A stretch of 64,000 bases of DNA from NCBI GenBank assembly GCA_965205215.1, contig OZ242041.1:704001-768000 (forward strand), read 5' to 3'. How positions within the stretch are numbered: position 1 is the first letter of the stretch; each line of letters begins with the position of its first letter. Both the position numbers and the translations under genes were made by a program. Below are positions 1 through 9,634 of the stretch, in pieces. Source of the DNA: Nitrosopumilus sp. GTDB taxonomy: Archaea > Thermoproteota > Nitrososphaeria > Nitrososphaerales > Nitrosopumilaceae. A model generated the notes under the pieces. It had not been told where the DNA came from and ran no database searches. It saw only the letters and a program-made list of their open reading frames with translations.

Positions 1-501
1 CTTTTGGTACGCGTCAAGCGTGATGTATACGGGAATCGAGCCGTTGCCCTCCAAGAGTCCGCGGACGCTGTACAGGGCCGTCTCCATGCCCCTCTCGGCG
101 GATTTTGCAAACTTTGCCTTGTTCAGGATGGCTCCCAGCGGGCCAAAGGGCATCTCATAGTCCACTGACATGGTAACCCTGGTCAGGTTGGCCCCCAGCT
201 CCTCGAACTCGTTCGTGATGGCCCACTTCTTGAACGGGCCCTCCGTCTGCTCTGCGGATATCCTCTTGTTGCGCACAAACTCGGTGGTCTCGCAGTCCCA
301 TTCCAGCCGCTTGCCCCCAAAGTCGCCTATAATCCGAAACGTGGTTCCGACCCCCATCCCCTCCTTGATGTCCATGGGGATTACGGTCATGCCCACCGTC
401 TCGCTCTTCATCTGATCCGAGACGTGCTCGGGCCGCGCGAAATAGGTAAAGACGCTATCTACTGGCACCTTTATCTCGGTGGACTTTGTGACAAGTGTCA
501 A
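1..501 (-). CDS. SRPBCC/START-like (polyketide cyclase) family protein, runs off window start
   Basis: Manual translation from TTG at 501: MTLVTKSTEIKVPVDSVFTYFARPEHVSDQM...GTTFRIIGDFGGKRLEWDCETTEFVRNKRISAEQTEGPFKKW; not in the ORF track because the 3' end lies outside the window. Confidence 0.75.
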   Translation of the reverse strand, partial: MTLVTKSTEIKVPVDSVFTYFARPEHVSDQMKSETVGMTVIPMDIKEGMGVGTTFRIIGDFGGKRLEWDCETTEFVRNKRISAEQTEGPFKKWAITNEFEELGANLTRVTMSVDYEMPFGPLGAILNKAKFAKSAERGMETALYSVRGLLEGNGSIPVYITLDAYQK

Positions 502-554
502 CGATCCGACTCTCGCCAATAAGGATTTAAAGCTTTTGAAGACGATCCCAGAGT

Positions 555-1175
555 ATGATGACAAAACCGGCGGGAAAGCGGGGGAAGGCCCCGGGATCCG
601 CCCGCGTCCGGGGCATGGCCGCGATCGCTCTGCTGTGCGCGGCGTGCGCCCTGGTGCCGGGCGCGCAGGAGGCGTCGGGGCACTCCATGTTCAACTCGGC
701 CGAGGAGTTTATGGCGGGGTACAGGGTGCAGGTTGCGACGGCCCCCGAGTTTCCCCAGATCGACGAGCAGTCGATGTTTCTGGTCAGGGTGACCGACACG
801 GACTTTGAGGAGGTCGACAGGTTTACGATGGGGATCCGGTTCTTTTACAACGGACAGCAGGTGGACGCGGTCCCGCCCACGGCCATTGAGGGGGGGCACT
901 GGGACTTTGGGCACACGTGGCGGTACCAGGGAAACCACATCGTAAAGGTGGATCTCTATGACATGGTGGACAAGCCCGGGGTCACTACGTATACGTTCAA
1001 CATGGGCACGCAGAGCCCGTTTGGGTACATCTTTATCATCTCAATTACCGTCGGGGCGTTCTGCTTTGCAGGCGTGATGGCGTACGTCTACCTTCCAAAG
1101 ATGCGGCGGCGATGGAGTCGTCGGGAGGGGGGAGACGGCGCTACAGACAGCAGGAATCCACCGTTTGGCCGGTGA
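555..1175 (+). CDS. Secreted/membrane-anchored protein (signal peptide, probable Ig-like domain, C-terminal TM)
   Basis: Hydrophobic signal ending ASG-HSMF, beta-rich core, TM helix YIFIISITVGAFCFAGVMAYVYL. Confidence 0.7.
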   Translation: MMTKPAGKRGKAPGSARVRGMAAIALLCAACALVPGAQEASGHSMFNSAEEFMAGYRVQVATAPEFPQIDEQSMFLVRVTDTDFEEVDRFTMGIRFFYNGQQVDAVPPTAIEGGHWDFGHTWRYQGNHIVKVDLYDMVDKPGVTTYTFNMGTQSPFGYIFIISITVGAFCFAGVMAYVYLPKMRRRWSRREGGDGATDSRNPPFGR

Positions 1176-1215
1176 TCTGGTGCGCTGCAGGCGGCGCTCC
1201 TTCGCCGTGACCTGG

Positions 1216-1806
1216 TCAGTGCGCGACGTCCGCGGCCGTTGCGGTATCCTGAATCATTTCGGCGCCGTCGTGGTTCCGACGACGTCCGCGGCCGTTGCGG
1301 CTGGCGCCGCTGTTGCCGTCACTATTGTTTCTGTTGCTGTCACCGTCGTTGCCGCCGCCGCGGCCGTGCGCCACGGCCTTTGCGGACGGTATGCGGAACG
1401 CGAACAGCGTCGTCATCAGCACCATTGCAAACAGCAGTATCCCTATCCCCAGGTGTATCGCGACCAGGACTGCGTGCAGCTTTAGGTCTATGACGAGCGC
1501 CCCGAGCGTGATCTGCACGATGACAAAGACGGTCGCAAGCGAGCTTGTGACCCTGATCTTGGCGTCGGCCCTTTTGTGCAGAAAGCTCGCGATCATGGTG
1601 GCGACCACTAGCGCGCCCGTGGTGGCGGCGGCCAGCCTGTGTATCCACTCTATCAGGTACTCTTCGGAGGGCATTATGCCGTCCGGGCACAGCGGCCACT
1701 CCGGGCACGTGAGCCCCAAACCCGCGGCGGATATGTACCCGCCAAGGAACATGAGCGAGTACAGCACGATCATGCTGGATAGTGCAAGGTACTTTATGGC
1801 AGCCAA
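1216..1806 (-). CDS. ctaA: Short-form heme A synthase (COX15/CtaA family)
   Basis: GLTCPEWPLC, EWIHR and H residues in TM helices; next to oxidase genes. Confidence 0.85.
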   Translation of the reverse strand: MAAIKYLALSSMIVLYSLMFLGGYISAAGLGLTCPEWPLCPDGIMPSEEYLIEWIHRLAAATTGALVVATMIASFLHKRADAKIRVTSSLATVFVIVQITLGALVIDLKLHAVLVAIHLGIGILLFAMVLMTTLFAFRIPSAKAVAHGRGGGNDGDSNRNNSDGNSGASRNGRGRRRNHDGAEMIQDTATAADVAH

Positions 1807-1808
1807 GG

Positions 1809-2834
1809 CTACTCGACGATCAGGGTCCCCTGCATCCCCTGCAGGGCGTGGCCTGGGACGGTGCAGATGTAGTAATACTTGCCCGGCGCCCCGGCCGTGA
1901 ACGTGACGGAGCCACTCTCGCCGTTCTTAAGCGGGCTTGTCATGGACCCTATCTCCGATTCCCACAGCACGTTTGCAAAGTCGGCGGGGTCTGCCACCAC
2001 CCCGAAGGAGTGGAACGAGACTCCCACGTTGACCGTGGTGACGGTAATCTCGTCGCCGGAGTTGACCACAATGTCGGGGTTTGCGCCCTCCTCGCCCTCC
2101 AGCCCGTTGAACCCGAACGTCCTAAAATCGTCGGATTCCACAAAGTCAAAATCAAACTCGTGCGACACGCCGGTCGGGGGGGCCGCCTCTCCGCCTCCAC
2201 CACCGCTGCCCCCGGACTCGGACTCGGGCGCGGGGCCCACCACAATGGTGCCCTCCATGCCCTGGACCCTGTGTCCCGGAACTGTGCATATGTAATAGTA
2301 GGTGCCCTCCTCGCCGGCCACGAACTCGGAGGTGCCGCTGTCACCCTTCAGCATCGGGCTGTTGGGGCTGCCGATCTCGGTGCCGGGTATGATGCCCGCG
2401 GTGCCCTCCTCATCCTGCGTGACGCCAAACGCGTGCAGCGAGATGCCGTCGCTTGCCACGTTGAACACAACCTTGTCGCCCACGTTCATGTTTATAGTCG
2501 GGTTGTTGCCCTCCTCGCCGGGCAGCGCGTTGAATGCCATCGTAATAAAGTCGTCGCTCTCTATGAATACCAGATCCGAGGTTATGGTCTGGCCCGTCTG
2601 CTCCGCCTGCTCCGCGACGGGCGCCGCGGTGGAGGCCGCCATTATTGCCACGATCGGGGCCGGCTCGGATATCCAGTAGTCCCACATCCCGAAGAAGATG
2701 GCGCCGCCTACAATGCATATGCCCAGCATTATGGCCATCATCTTGCCCGTCCTGGCCGGCGAGGTCCTGTACACCTGATGCTGCGTCCCTCCACTTCTGT
2801 TGTCGCCGCTGTTATTGCTACTTCCGTACCCCAT
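1809..2834 (-). CDS. Membrane-anchored blue copper protein with two cupredoxin domains
   Basis: Two type-1 Cu motifs H(A/S)FGV...YYICTVPGHxxQGM; N-terminal TM. Confidence 0.9.
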   Translation of the reverse strand: MGYGSSNNSGDNRSGGTQHQVYRTSPARTGKMMAIMLGICIVGGAIFFGMWDYWISEPAPIVAIMAASTAAPVAEQAEQTGQTITSDLVFIESDDFITMAFNALPGEEGNNPTINMNVGDKVVFNVASDGISLHAFGVTQDEEGTAGIIPGTEIGSPNSPMLKGDSGTSEFVAGEEGTYYYICTVPGHRVQGMEGTIVVGPAPESESGGSGGGGGEAAPPTGVSHEFDFDFVESDDFRTFGFNGLEGEEGANPDIVVNSGDEITVTTVNVGVSFHSFGVVADPADFANVLWESEIGSMTSPLKNGESGSVTFTAGAPGKYYYICTVPGHALQGMQGTLIVE

Positions 2835-2849
2835 CTGTCATCACCATGC

Positions 2850-4376
2850 TCAATGCGAGGGGTTCTTCGCCTCAAACGGGTAATAGTACCTGCCGCCCAC
2901 GCCGAACGGGTCGTCCGTGTTTGCCGGCTCGCCCTTTGCGGAGCTGTGTATCATGTTTGCCAGGAACACCACCATGCTGACCCCGATTATCATCGCCCCT
3001 ATCGACGCGATCTGGTTCATCGCGATCCACTCCGGTATGGGCGGGTAGTCAAATATGCGCCGCGGCATGCCGTACAGCCCGAGCACGTGCTGCGTAAAGA
3101 ACACCAAGACGGTGCCGATGAACGACATTACAAAGTGTATCTTGCCCATGGTCTCGTTGTACATCCTTCCGGTCACGTACGGGAACATGTAGTAGAGGTA
3201 CCCGATGGACCCGAACGCTATGGTCCCCATCACGAAGAGGTGGAAGTGCCCGACCACCCAGTAGGTGTCGTGCGTGGTAAAGTCCAGCGGCATTGCGCTG
3301 TTGACGACGCCGCCGGCGCCCGCCGAGAAGAAGAGCGCGATTCCGCCGACTGCCCACATCATGGGGGTGGAGAACCTGATGCGGCCGTTCCACATCGTGG
3401 CGATAAAGTTGAACACGTGCATGGCAGACGCGGGAACCGCCGCCAGCGTTCCGACCATGAACACGGTCTTTTCAGTAAACGACATGCCCGTCGCGTACAT
3501 GTGGTGGGCCCACGAGGAGAACCCGACTATCGACAGAAGGACGAACGCGAACACCCCGGAGCCGTAGCTGTAGATCGGCCTCCTGGAGAACCTCGGTATT
3601 ATCTCGTACATCATACCGATCGCCGGAATCACCAGCACGTACACCTCTGGGTGGAACGTGAACCAGAACAGGTGCGCGTACGCTATCGGGTCGCCGCCGA
3701 GCGCGGGGTTGAAGAAGCCGCTCACGCCGAGGCGGTCGGTGAGCAGCATCAGCAGCGCGGCCGCAAAGGTCGGGATTGCGACCAGTATGATGAGCGACGA
3801 GGAGAGGAAGGACCACGCCAGCAGCGGGACCTGCCCTATGGACATGTCCGGATGCTTGCACTTTAGTATGGTGACGACGAAGTTTATCGCGCCCAGCACG
3901 GAGGAGACGCCCAGGATCTTGAGGCCGAATATCCACATGTCAGCTGCCGGCCCCGGCGCGCTGATTATCGAGTAGGGGGGCGTCGCGTACCACGTAAAGT
4001 CCGCAAAGCCGAGCCATATCAGGGCGCCGGAGGGGGGTATCATCCAGAACGCGATCGCGTTGAGCTTTGGGTACGCCATGTCCTTGTACCTGACCATTAT
4101 CGGGACAAAGTAGTTGCCGACTGCCGACGCGAAGGGTATGATGAACAGGAAGATCAGCGTGGTGCCGTGGACCGTGAATATGCGGTTGAACGTCATCGCG
4201 TCGCCTATGATCTGGGCCCCCGGCAGGAACAGCTCCGCCCTGATTGCGAGCGCAAGCGCGCCGCCCAGGAACAGGAACGCCAGGGACGTTATGAGGTACA
4301 GGAGCCCCACGTCAGTGTGGTGGGTCGAGAACATTATCTGCCATATGGGGCGCGGCTTTTGCAGCTCTAGAACCAT
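2850..4376 (-). CDS. coxA: Heme-copper oxidase subunit I
   Basis: FTVHG, FWFTFHPEVY, WAHHM, HDTYWVVGHFH motifs. Confidence 0.97.
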   Translation of the reverse strand: MVLELQKPRPIWQIMFSTHHTDVGLLYLITSLAFLFLGGALALAIRAELFLPGAQIIGDAMTFNRIFTVHGTTLIFLFIIPFASAVGNYFVPIMVRYKDMAYPKLNAIAFWMIPPSGALIWLGFADFTWYATPPYSIISAPGPAADMWIFGLKILGVSSVLGAINFVVTILKCKHPDMSIGQVPLLAWSFLSSSLIILVAIPTFAAALLMLLTDRLGVSGFFNPALGGDPIAYAHLFWFTFHPEVYVLVIPAIGMMYEIIPRFSRRPIYSYGSGVFAFVLLSIVGFSSWAHHMYATGMSFTEKTVFMVGTLAAVPASAMHVFNFIATMWNGRIRFSTPMMWAVGGIALFFSAGAGGVVNSAMPLDFTTHDTYWVVGHFHLFVMGTIAFGSIGYLYYMFPYVTGRMYNETMGKIHFVMSFIGTVLVFFTQHVLGLYGMPRRIFDYPPIPEWIAMNQIASIGAMIIGVSMVVFLANMIHSSAKGEPANTDDPFGVGGRYYYPFEAKNPSH

Positions 4377-4493
4377 GATGCGTGTGCACCTCCCGCCACA
4401 TTATAATCGGTGGCATCAGCCGGACGCCCGGCCCGTACTGCTGTTATGATAATCGTTATGTCCATGCCCGTCTCCATCCCACATCCCCTCGCG

Positions 4494-4928
4494 TCAGGAC
4501 GACGGCTCCTCCACGTACAGCGTGCCGCGCATGTTGTAGTGTATCAGCCCGCAGTACTCGCGGCACTGTATGTCGTGCACGCCAGGCTGGTCGGGCGCAA
4601 ACCATACCGTGTTCACCCTTCCCGGGACCGCGTCTATCAGAACCACGTAGTCGTGTATGTTAAACGAGTGTATGACGTCAGTGGCCATAACCTCGAACTT
4701 GTAGGCCTTGCCCGCCTCAAGGTGCAGCTCGCCTATCTCCTTTGTGCCGTCCTCGTGCTCAAAGGTCCAGAACCACTGCTGCCCCGTCACCTTTATGATC
4801 TCCGCGTCGGCCGGGACGTGCTCGATGAGGCGCTCGACCTCCCAGGCCTCGGCCCCGACCCACGTCATGAGCGCCACCACGATCCCGATGTATATCCACT
4901 CGGGCCAGTTTGAGTGATGTCCGGCCAT
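4494..4928 (-). CDS. coxB: Heme-copper oxidase subunit II (CuA domain)
   Basis: GQQWFW, DVIHSF, CREYCGLIHYNM CuA motif. Confidence 0.95.
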   Translation of the reverse strand: MAGHHSNWPEWIYIGIVVALMTWVGAEAWEVERLIEHVPADAEIIKVTGQQWFWTFEHEDGTKEIGELHLEAGKAYKFEVMATDVIHSFNIHDYVVLIDAVPGRVNTVWFAPDQPGVHDIQCREYCGLIHYNMRGTLYVEEPSS

Positions 4929-5216
4929 CTACCAATCAGTCCCCTCGTACGGAGTAGGCTTTGCCTTGGGGTGCGACTCGCGGAAGCGCCACACCTGCCA
5001 GATTATGGTGCCGGATACGACCGCCCCGACCGTAAACGCGACTGTCATCATCCTGAAGAACAGGTTCCAGATGAGCACGCGGCGGTCGATGTACTCGCCG
5101 GGCTCGTCGCCGGCCGCAAGCGCGACGCCGGCGGCCGGTATGATCGCCACTGCCGCCGCTACTGCTATCAGTACCAAGGATATTCCAAGCATGCCCCTCA
5201 TCAGTAATTGAATCAC
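4929..5216 (-). CDS. Small membrane protein of oxidase cluster, resembles the subunit II N-terminal TM part
   Basis: Signal/TM helices, IWNLF...WRFRE; directly upstream of coxB; start uncertain. Confidence 0.65.
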   Translation of the reverse strand: MIQLLMRGMLGISLVLIAVAAAVAIIPAAGVALAAGDEPGEYIDRRVLIWNLFFRMMTVAFTVGAVVSGTIIWQVWRFRESHPKAKPTPYEGTDW

Positions 5217-5600
5217 GTGGTTTCAGATTTCTATTTAAGGGTTTAGCGGTCGGGTTTTGGTACAAACGTCAAATAATTGCGGCGCGGGGCGGATTTGGGC
5301 GCGCATGCGGCTCCGCCCGGGGGTTTCGTTGCCGGCTGCGCGTGCGCGCCGTCCGGGGACGGCCCGGGACATGCTGCGCGCGCCGGGCGCCGCCGCGATG
5401 CCCCCTGTCGCCGCGGCCCGCGCTTGCGAATCGTGGGGGAGTGAAGTCGCCGACGGCGCCGCTTGCCTGTTACTGTCTTGGTACGCCGGCCGATGCCGGC
5501 GCCGGGCTGCCAGTCCCGTGGGTTATGGCATGGCAGGAGAACGGCTTTTGGAATAACCCGTACTCAATAATTATAAGATAGCGTTGTCGTACCACTGTGA

Positions 5601-6170
5601 ATGATAGGCAAGATCATAATAGGACTCGCAGCGGTTGCTATAATTGGCGTCATGGTGTTGGCGTCCAACCTGTCGGACTACGATGAGCACAGATCCGATA
5701 TCAAGCGGTTCATAATGGACAACCCGCTGTCGGACGCTGTGAGGGGCGACTCGGAGCAGCCGGACGAGCCAGAGGAGGTCTGGAACACGGCAGGCGCCTT
5801 TGGAATCAACAAGGACACATACCGGCTCGGCGAGGACGTGTTCTTTGCAGGGACGCTGACACCGGGCCAGCAGGCGATAATCAGGGTGGCAAGCCCGGAG
5901 GGCAAGATCTTTTTGGAGAGGGCGTACGACGGGTCCGAGCGCGAGGTGGCAAAGTTTTACTTCAGGCCGGACACGTCTGCAATCAAGGGCCTCTACGAGA
6001 AGGACCAGCTGGTGGGGCAGTGGATGATATGGTTTGAGGGAATAAACAACGACGAGATATACTTCGAGGTGACCGACGAGTTCGTCCCCGGCGCCGAGAA
6101 GGACATCGTGGACTTGCATGGTCCGCCGGCCGCCGACAGTAGCGGCACCTCTCCCGAACCGGGGCAATAG
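5601..6170 (+). CDS. Hypothetical membrane-anchored protein
   Basis: N-terminal TM followed by a soluble acidic domain; normal codon bias. Confidence 0.7.
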   Translation: MIGKIIIGLAAVAIIGVMVLASNLSDYDEHRSDIKRFIMDNPLSDAVRGDSEQPDEPEEVWNTAGAFGINKDTYRLGEDVFFAGTLTPGQQAIIRVASPEGKIFLERAYDGSEREVAKFYFRPDTSAIKGLYEKDQLVGQWMIWFEGINNDEIYFEVTDEFVPGAEKDIVDLHGPPAADSSGTSPEPGQ

Positions 6171-6233
6171 CCCGGGTGCGGCCCCCTGGACTCGGCAGGT
6201 ATACGATACACGCCCCCTGCGCGCCCTAGGCCG

Positions 6234-6578
6234 CTACTTGCCTGCAAGCCTGTTGTGAAAGCACGCGCGCTCCCCCTTGTGGCACGCGGGCCCCGCCGGC
6301 TTGACCAGGTATATGATCGCGTCAGAGTCGCAGTCCACCAGTATCTCCCTGACGTCTTGGACGTTTCCCGACTCCTCGCCCTTCATCCAGAGCTTGTCCC
6401 TCGAGCGGCTGTAGAACCACGACCTGCCCGTGCTGGCCGCGAGCCCGAGCGACTCGCGGTTTGCGTATGCAAGGGTCAGCACCTCCCGCGTGTCCGCGTC
6501 CTGGACTATAACGGGGACGAGCCCGCCGCCCTTCTCAAAGTCGATTGCGTCAATGTCGATCTGGGCCACTGCGCCCAC
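6234..6578 (-). CDS. hisI: Phosphoribosyl-AMP cyclohydrolase
   Basis: YSRSRDKLWMKGEESGN, DCDSD, ACHKGERACF. Confidence 0.95.
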   Translation of the reverse strand: MGAVAQIDIDAIDFEKGGGLVPVIVQDADTREVLTLAYANRESLGLAASTGRSWFYSRSRDKLWMKGEESGNVQDVREILVDCDSDAIIYLVKPAGPACHKGERACFHNRLAGK

Positions 6579-6592
6579 GCGGCGTGCGCATC

Positions 6593-7450
6593 TTATAACC
6601 TTACAGGAACGCCCCTGTCCCTGAGTATGCGCTTTACGCCGGACACGCCGTACTCCTGGTAGTGGAATATGGAGGCGGCCAGCGCCGCGTCCACGCCGGT
6701 TGCCTCAAAGACGCCTGCCATGTCGTCTGGATGCCCGCAGCCGCCGGACGCTATCACGGGAATGGAGACCGCGTCCACCACGCGCTTGGTAAGCGCGTGG
6801 TCGTAGCCGTCCTTTGTGCCGTCCCTGTCCATGCTGGTCAGCAGTATCTCGCCTGCGCCGAGCCTCTGGGCCCTTCTTGCCCACCGTATGGCGTCCACGC
6901 CGGTGCCCTTCTTGCCCCCGTACGTGTGCACCTCAAACCAGAACCGGCGGCCGCTGCCGTCCTCCTCTTCCAGCATGACCGGCGAGTCGTCCCCGTCCCC
7001 GTCCCCGGCGCCGCCCTCGTCGCTGCGCCCGCGGTCCGCGGGCGTCCCGTAGTTTCTCTTCGCGTCTATTGCGACCACGACACACTGCCGCCCGAACAGG
7101 CCCATCATCTCGGTTAGGATCGGCGGGTTGTTTATGGCGCCCGTGTTGATCCCGACCTTGTCTGCGCCGCTCAGCAGTATGTTGCGGGCGTCCTCCATAG
7201 TCGAGACGCCGCCGCCGACGGTAAACGGGATGTCTATTACGGACGCCACCCCGCGCACCAGCTCCCGGATGGTCTTGCGCCTCTCGTCTGACGCGGTGAT
7301 GTCCAGGAACACGAGCTCGTCGGCCCCCTCGTCGCTGTACCGCTTGGCCAGCGCGACCGGGTCGCCCGCGTCCCTGATCTCCACGAACCTGGTCCCCTTT
7401 ACCACCCTGCCGTCCTTGACGTCAAGGCACGGGATTACGCGCTTTGTCAG
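6593..7450 (-). CDS. hisF: Imidazole glycerol phosphate synthase cyclase subunit
   Basis: [43 protein letters not shown]; frame extends upstream of the ORF-track start to CTG 7450 / ACG 7456. Confidence 0.93.
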   Translation of the reverse strand: MTKRVIPCLDVKDGRVVKGTRFVEIRDAGDPVALAKRYSDEGADELVFLDITASDERRKTIRELVRGVASVIDIPFTVGGGVSTMEDARNILLSGADKVGINTGAINNPPILTEMMGLFGRQCVVVAIDAKRNYGTPADRGRSDEGGAGDGDGDDSPVMLEEEDGSGRRFWFEVHTYGGKKGTGVDAIRWARRAQRLGAGEILLTSMDRDGTKDGYDHALTKRVVDAVSIPVIASGGCGHPDDMAGVFEATGVDAALAASIFHYQEYGVSGVKRILRDRGVPVRL

Positions 7451-8265
7451 GGCCGTTGCGGATCGCCCTCCTCCTCACTATTTCCGTCCGCTGCGGGGCC
7501 GCGCCGCGCCATCCTCTTGGCGGCCGGTATGGTTATCTTTCCGTCGTACAGCGCGCGCCCCAGTATGACGCCCCACGCCCCCGCGTCCCCCACGGCCTCG
7601 ACGTCGCGCTCGTGCGATATGCCGCCGCTTGCAATGACATCGATGCCGCCGGATATCTGGCAGGCCCTGCCCATGTACGACGTGTCGGGGCCCTGCAGCG
7701 TGCCGTCCCGGCCGACGCTTGTCAGCAGGTACTGGGTGACCCCGACCTCGCGATGCAGCGACGCGACGGACTCGATCATGTCAAGCCCCGTGTTGCTCTG
7801 CCATCCGCGCGTTACGATGCGGCCGTCCAGGTGATCCGCGGAGACCACCACGCGCTGCGGGCCCAGCTCCCGCACCAGCGCGGCAAGCGACTTCCTGTCG
7901 GAGAACGCAAGCGTCCCGACCACTATCCGGTCGGCGCCGGCCTCGGCCGCGTCCACTGCGGCCCGCACGGTGCGCAGTCCCCCTGCCACCTGCACGGGTA
8001 TGGAGACCGCGTCCACGACGCCGCGGACGGCGTCCGCGTTGCTCCCGGAGCCCAGCGTGGCGTCCAGGTCCACCACGTGCAGCATGTCGGCGCCCTCCGA
8101 CTCCCACCGGCGCGCAGCCTCGGCCGGGCTGTCGCCGTATACGGTCTTCTTGCTCGGGTCGCCCTTGTAGAGCCTGACCACCTTGCCGCCCATGATGTCG
8201 ACTGCCGGGATCACCTTTATGGCGTGCTGCCGCCGCCCCCCTGCCGCCGCGGGACTGTCGGCCAT
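7447..8265 (-). CDS. hisA: ProFAR isomerase
   Basis: [31 protein letters not shown]; ATG in TAATG overlap with hisH. Confidence 0.95.
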   Translation of the reverse strand: MADSPAAAGGRRQHAIKVIPAVDIMGGKVVRLYKGDPSKKTVYGDSPAEAARRWESEGADMLHVVDLDATLGSGSNADAVRGVVDAVSIPVQVAGGLRTVRAAVDAAEAGADRIVVGTLAFSDRKSLAALVRELGPQRVVVSADHLDGRIVTRGWQSNTGLDMIESVASLHREVGVTQYLLTSVGRDGTLQGPDTSYMGRACQISGGIDVIASGGISHERDVEAVGDAGAWGVILGRALYDGKITIPAAKRMARRGPAADGNSEEEGDPQRP

Positions 8266-8966
8266 TACCTGCGGCACACCCCCAGAAAGTTCCGGATCAT
8301 CTGCCTTCCGACGGGGCCCGACTTTTCGGGGTGGAACTGCGTCCCGAGGTAGTTCCTGTACTCGACGGCGGCCGGTATTATGACGTCGTTGTACGAGGAC
8401 TCGGCAGTCACCACGTCGCCGGCAGACCCTCCCGGAGGGGGCGTCTCCGGCAGCCTGGCCATGTACGAGTGCACAAAGTACACCCACGCGCCGTCCTCCA
8501 CGCCCTCCAGCAGGCGGCCCCTCCTCCTTATCTGGAGGCTGTTCCACCCCATGTGCGGCACCTTCATCGTGTCAGGCAGGGAGGCCACATCGCCGGACAT
8601 GACGCCAAGCCCGGACTCGGATCCCTCCTGGCTCCGTGCAAAGAACATCTCCATCCCGAGGCATATCCCGAGGACGGGCATGCCGTGCCCCACGTAGTCT
8701 GAAAACTTGCTGTCCGGGTCGCGGGTGACCGCCTTCATTGCGGGGTCAAAGTTTCCGACGCCGGGAAGCAGCAGCCCGTCGTAGCGCCGGGCGGCGTCGT
8801 TGATGCCGTTGCCGTTGCTATCGCCACCGCGACGACGGTCACCGTCCCCCCCGGGCCGCGTTGCAAAGTCGCGTATGACGTCCACCGCTGCGCCCTCGCG
8901 CTCTAGCGAGTTTTTCAGGCTGAATATGTTGCCTGCCCCGTAGTCGAATATGGCGACGCGCGTCAT
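8265..8966 (-). CDS. hisH: Imidazole glycerol phosphate synthase glutaminase subunit
   Basis: DYGAGN, LPGVGNF, GICLGM, QFHPEKS. Confidence 0.95.
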   Translation of the reverse strand: MTRVAIFDYGAGNIFSLKNSLEREGAAVDVIRDFATRPGGDGDRRRGGDSNGNGINDAARRYDGLLLPGVGNFDPAMKAVTRDPDSKFSDYVGHGMPVLGICLGMEMFFARSQEGSESGLGVMSGDVASLPDTMKVPHMGWNSLQIRRRGRLLEGVEDGAWVYFVHSYMARLPETPPPGGSAGDVVTAESSYNDVIIPAAVEYRNYLGTQFHPEKSGPVGRQMIRNFLGVCRR

Positions 8967-9623
8967 CTACATGGAACCCTTCGTGCTTGGCGCCCTTCCG
9001 GCCCGTTTTGTATCTATTGCCAGCGCGGCCCTGAGCGAGACGGCCAGCGACTTGACGGCGGCCTCGGCCTTGTGGTGGTCGTTTTGGCCGTATCTGACGT
9101 CCAAGTGTATGCAGGCCGCCATGTTATCTAGCAGCGACTGGAAAAAGTGCTCGACGTCCTCCTGCGGCATGTCCTCGATTGCGGGGTTTTGGCCCGACGG
9201 CTTTAGCGCAAGCGACACCCTCACGTACGGGCGGCGCACCAAGTCTATGGTGGACTCGGCAAGCGACTCGTCAAGCGGGACCGACGCGTGGCCGAAGCGC
9301 GCTATGCCGGCCCTGTCCCCCAGGGCCTTGTCTATTGCCGCGCCGACAGTTATGGCCGTGTCCTCTACAAGGTGGTGCTTTATGCCGTCAAGCGACTCGG
9401 CTTTTACTGTCATGTCGATCATGGAGTGCTTTGCAAGGGATACAAGCAGGTGGTCAAGAAAGCTGAGCCCGGTGCTGACCGAAGCGGCGCCGTCCCCGTC
9501 CAGGCTGACTGAGGCGGATACGCGGGTCTCCCCCGTGGCGCGCTCCTCGGTGGCGCTTCTTACTGTCGTCGTCGTTGCGCCGCCGTCATTATCATTGTTA
9601 TCGGCGCCTTCAGCGGTGGGCAT
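8967..9623 (-). CDS. hisB: Imidazoleglycerol-phosphate dehydratase
   Basis: [28 protein letters not shown]. Confidence 0.95.
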   Translation of the reverse strand: MPTAEGADNNDNDGGATTTTVRSATEERATGETRVSASVSLDGDGAASVSTGLSFLDHLLVSLAKHSMIDMTVKAESLDGIKHHLVEDTAITVGAAIDKALGDRAGIARFGHASVPLDESLAESTIDLVRRPYVRVSLALKPSGQNPAIEDMPQEDVEHFFQSLLDNMAACIHLDVRYGQNDHHKAEAAVKSLAVSLRAALAIDTKRAGRAPSTKGSM

Positions 9624-9634
9624 TACACCTGTAT

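Noticed and set aside
1782-3866. Long antisense ORFs (also 8950-9690, 44981-46321, 61879-62751 and many others)
   Set aside because: Shadow frames of high-GC genes with clear identities on the opposite strand
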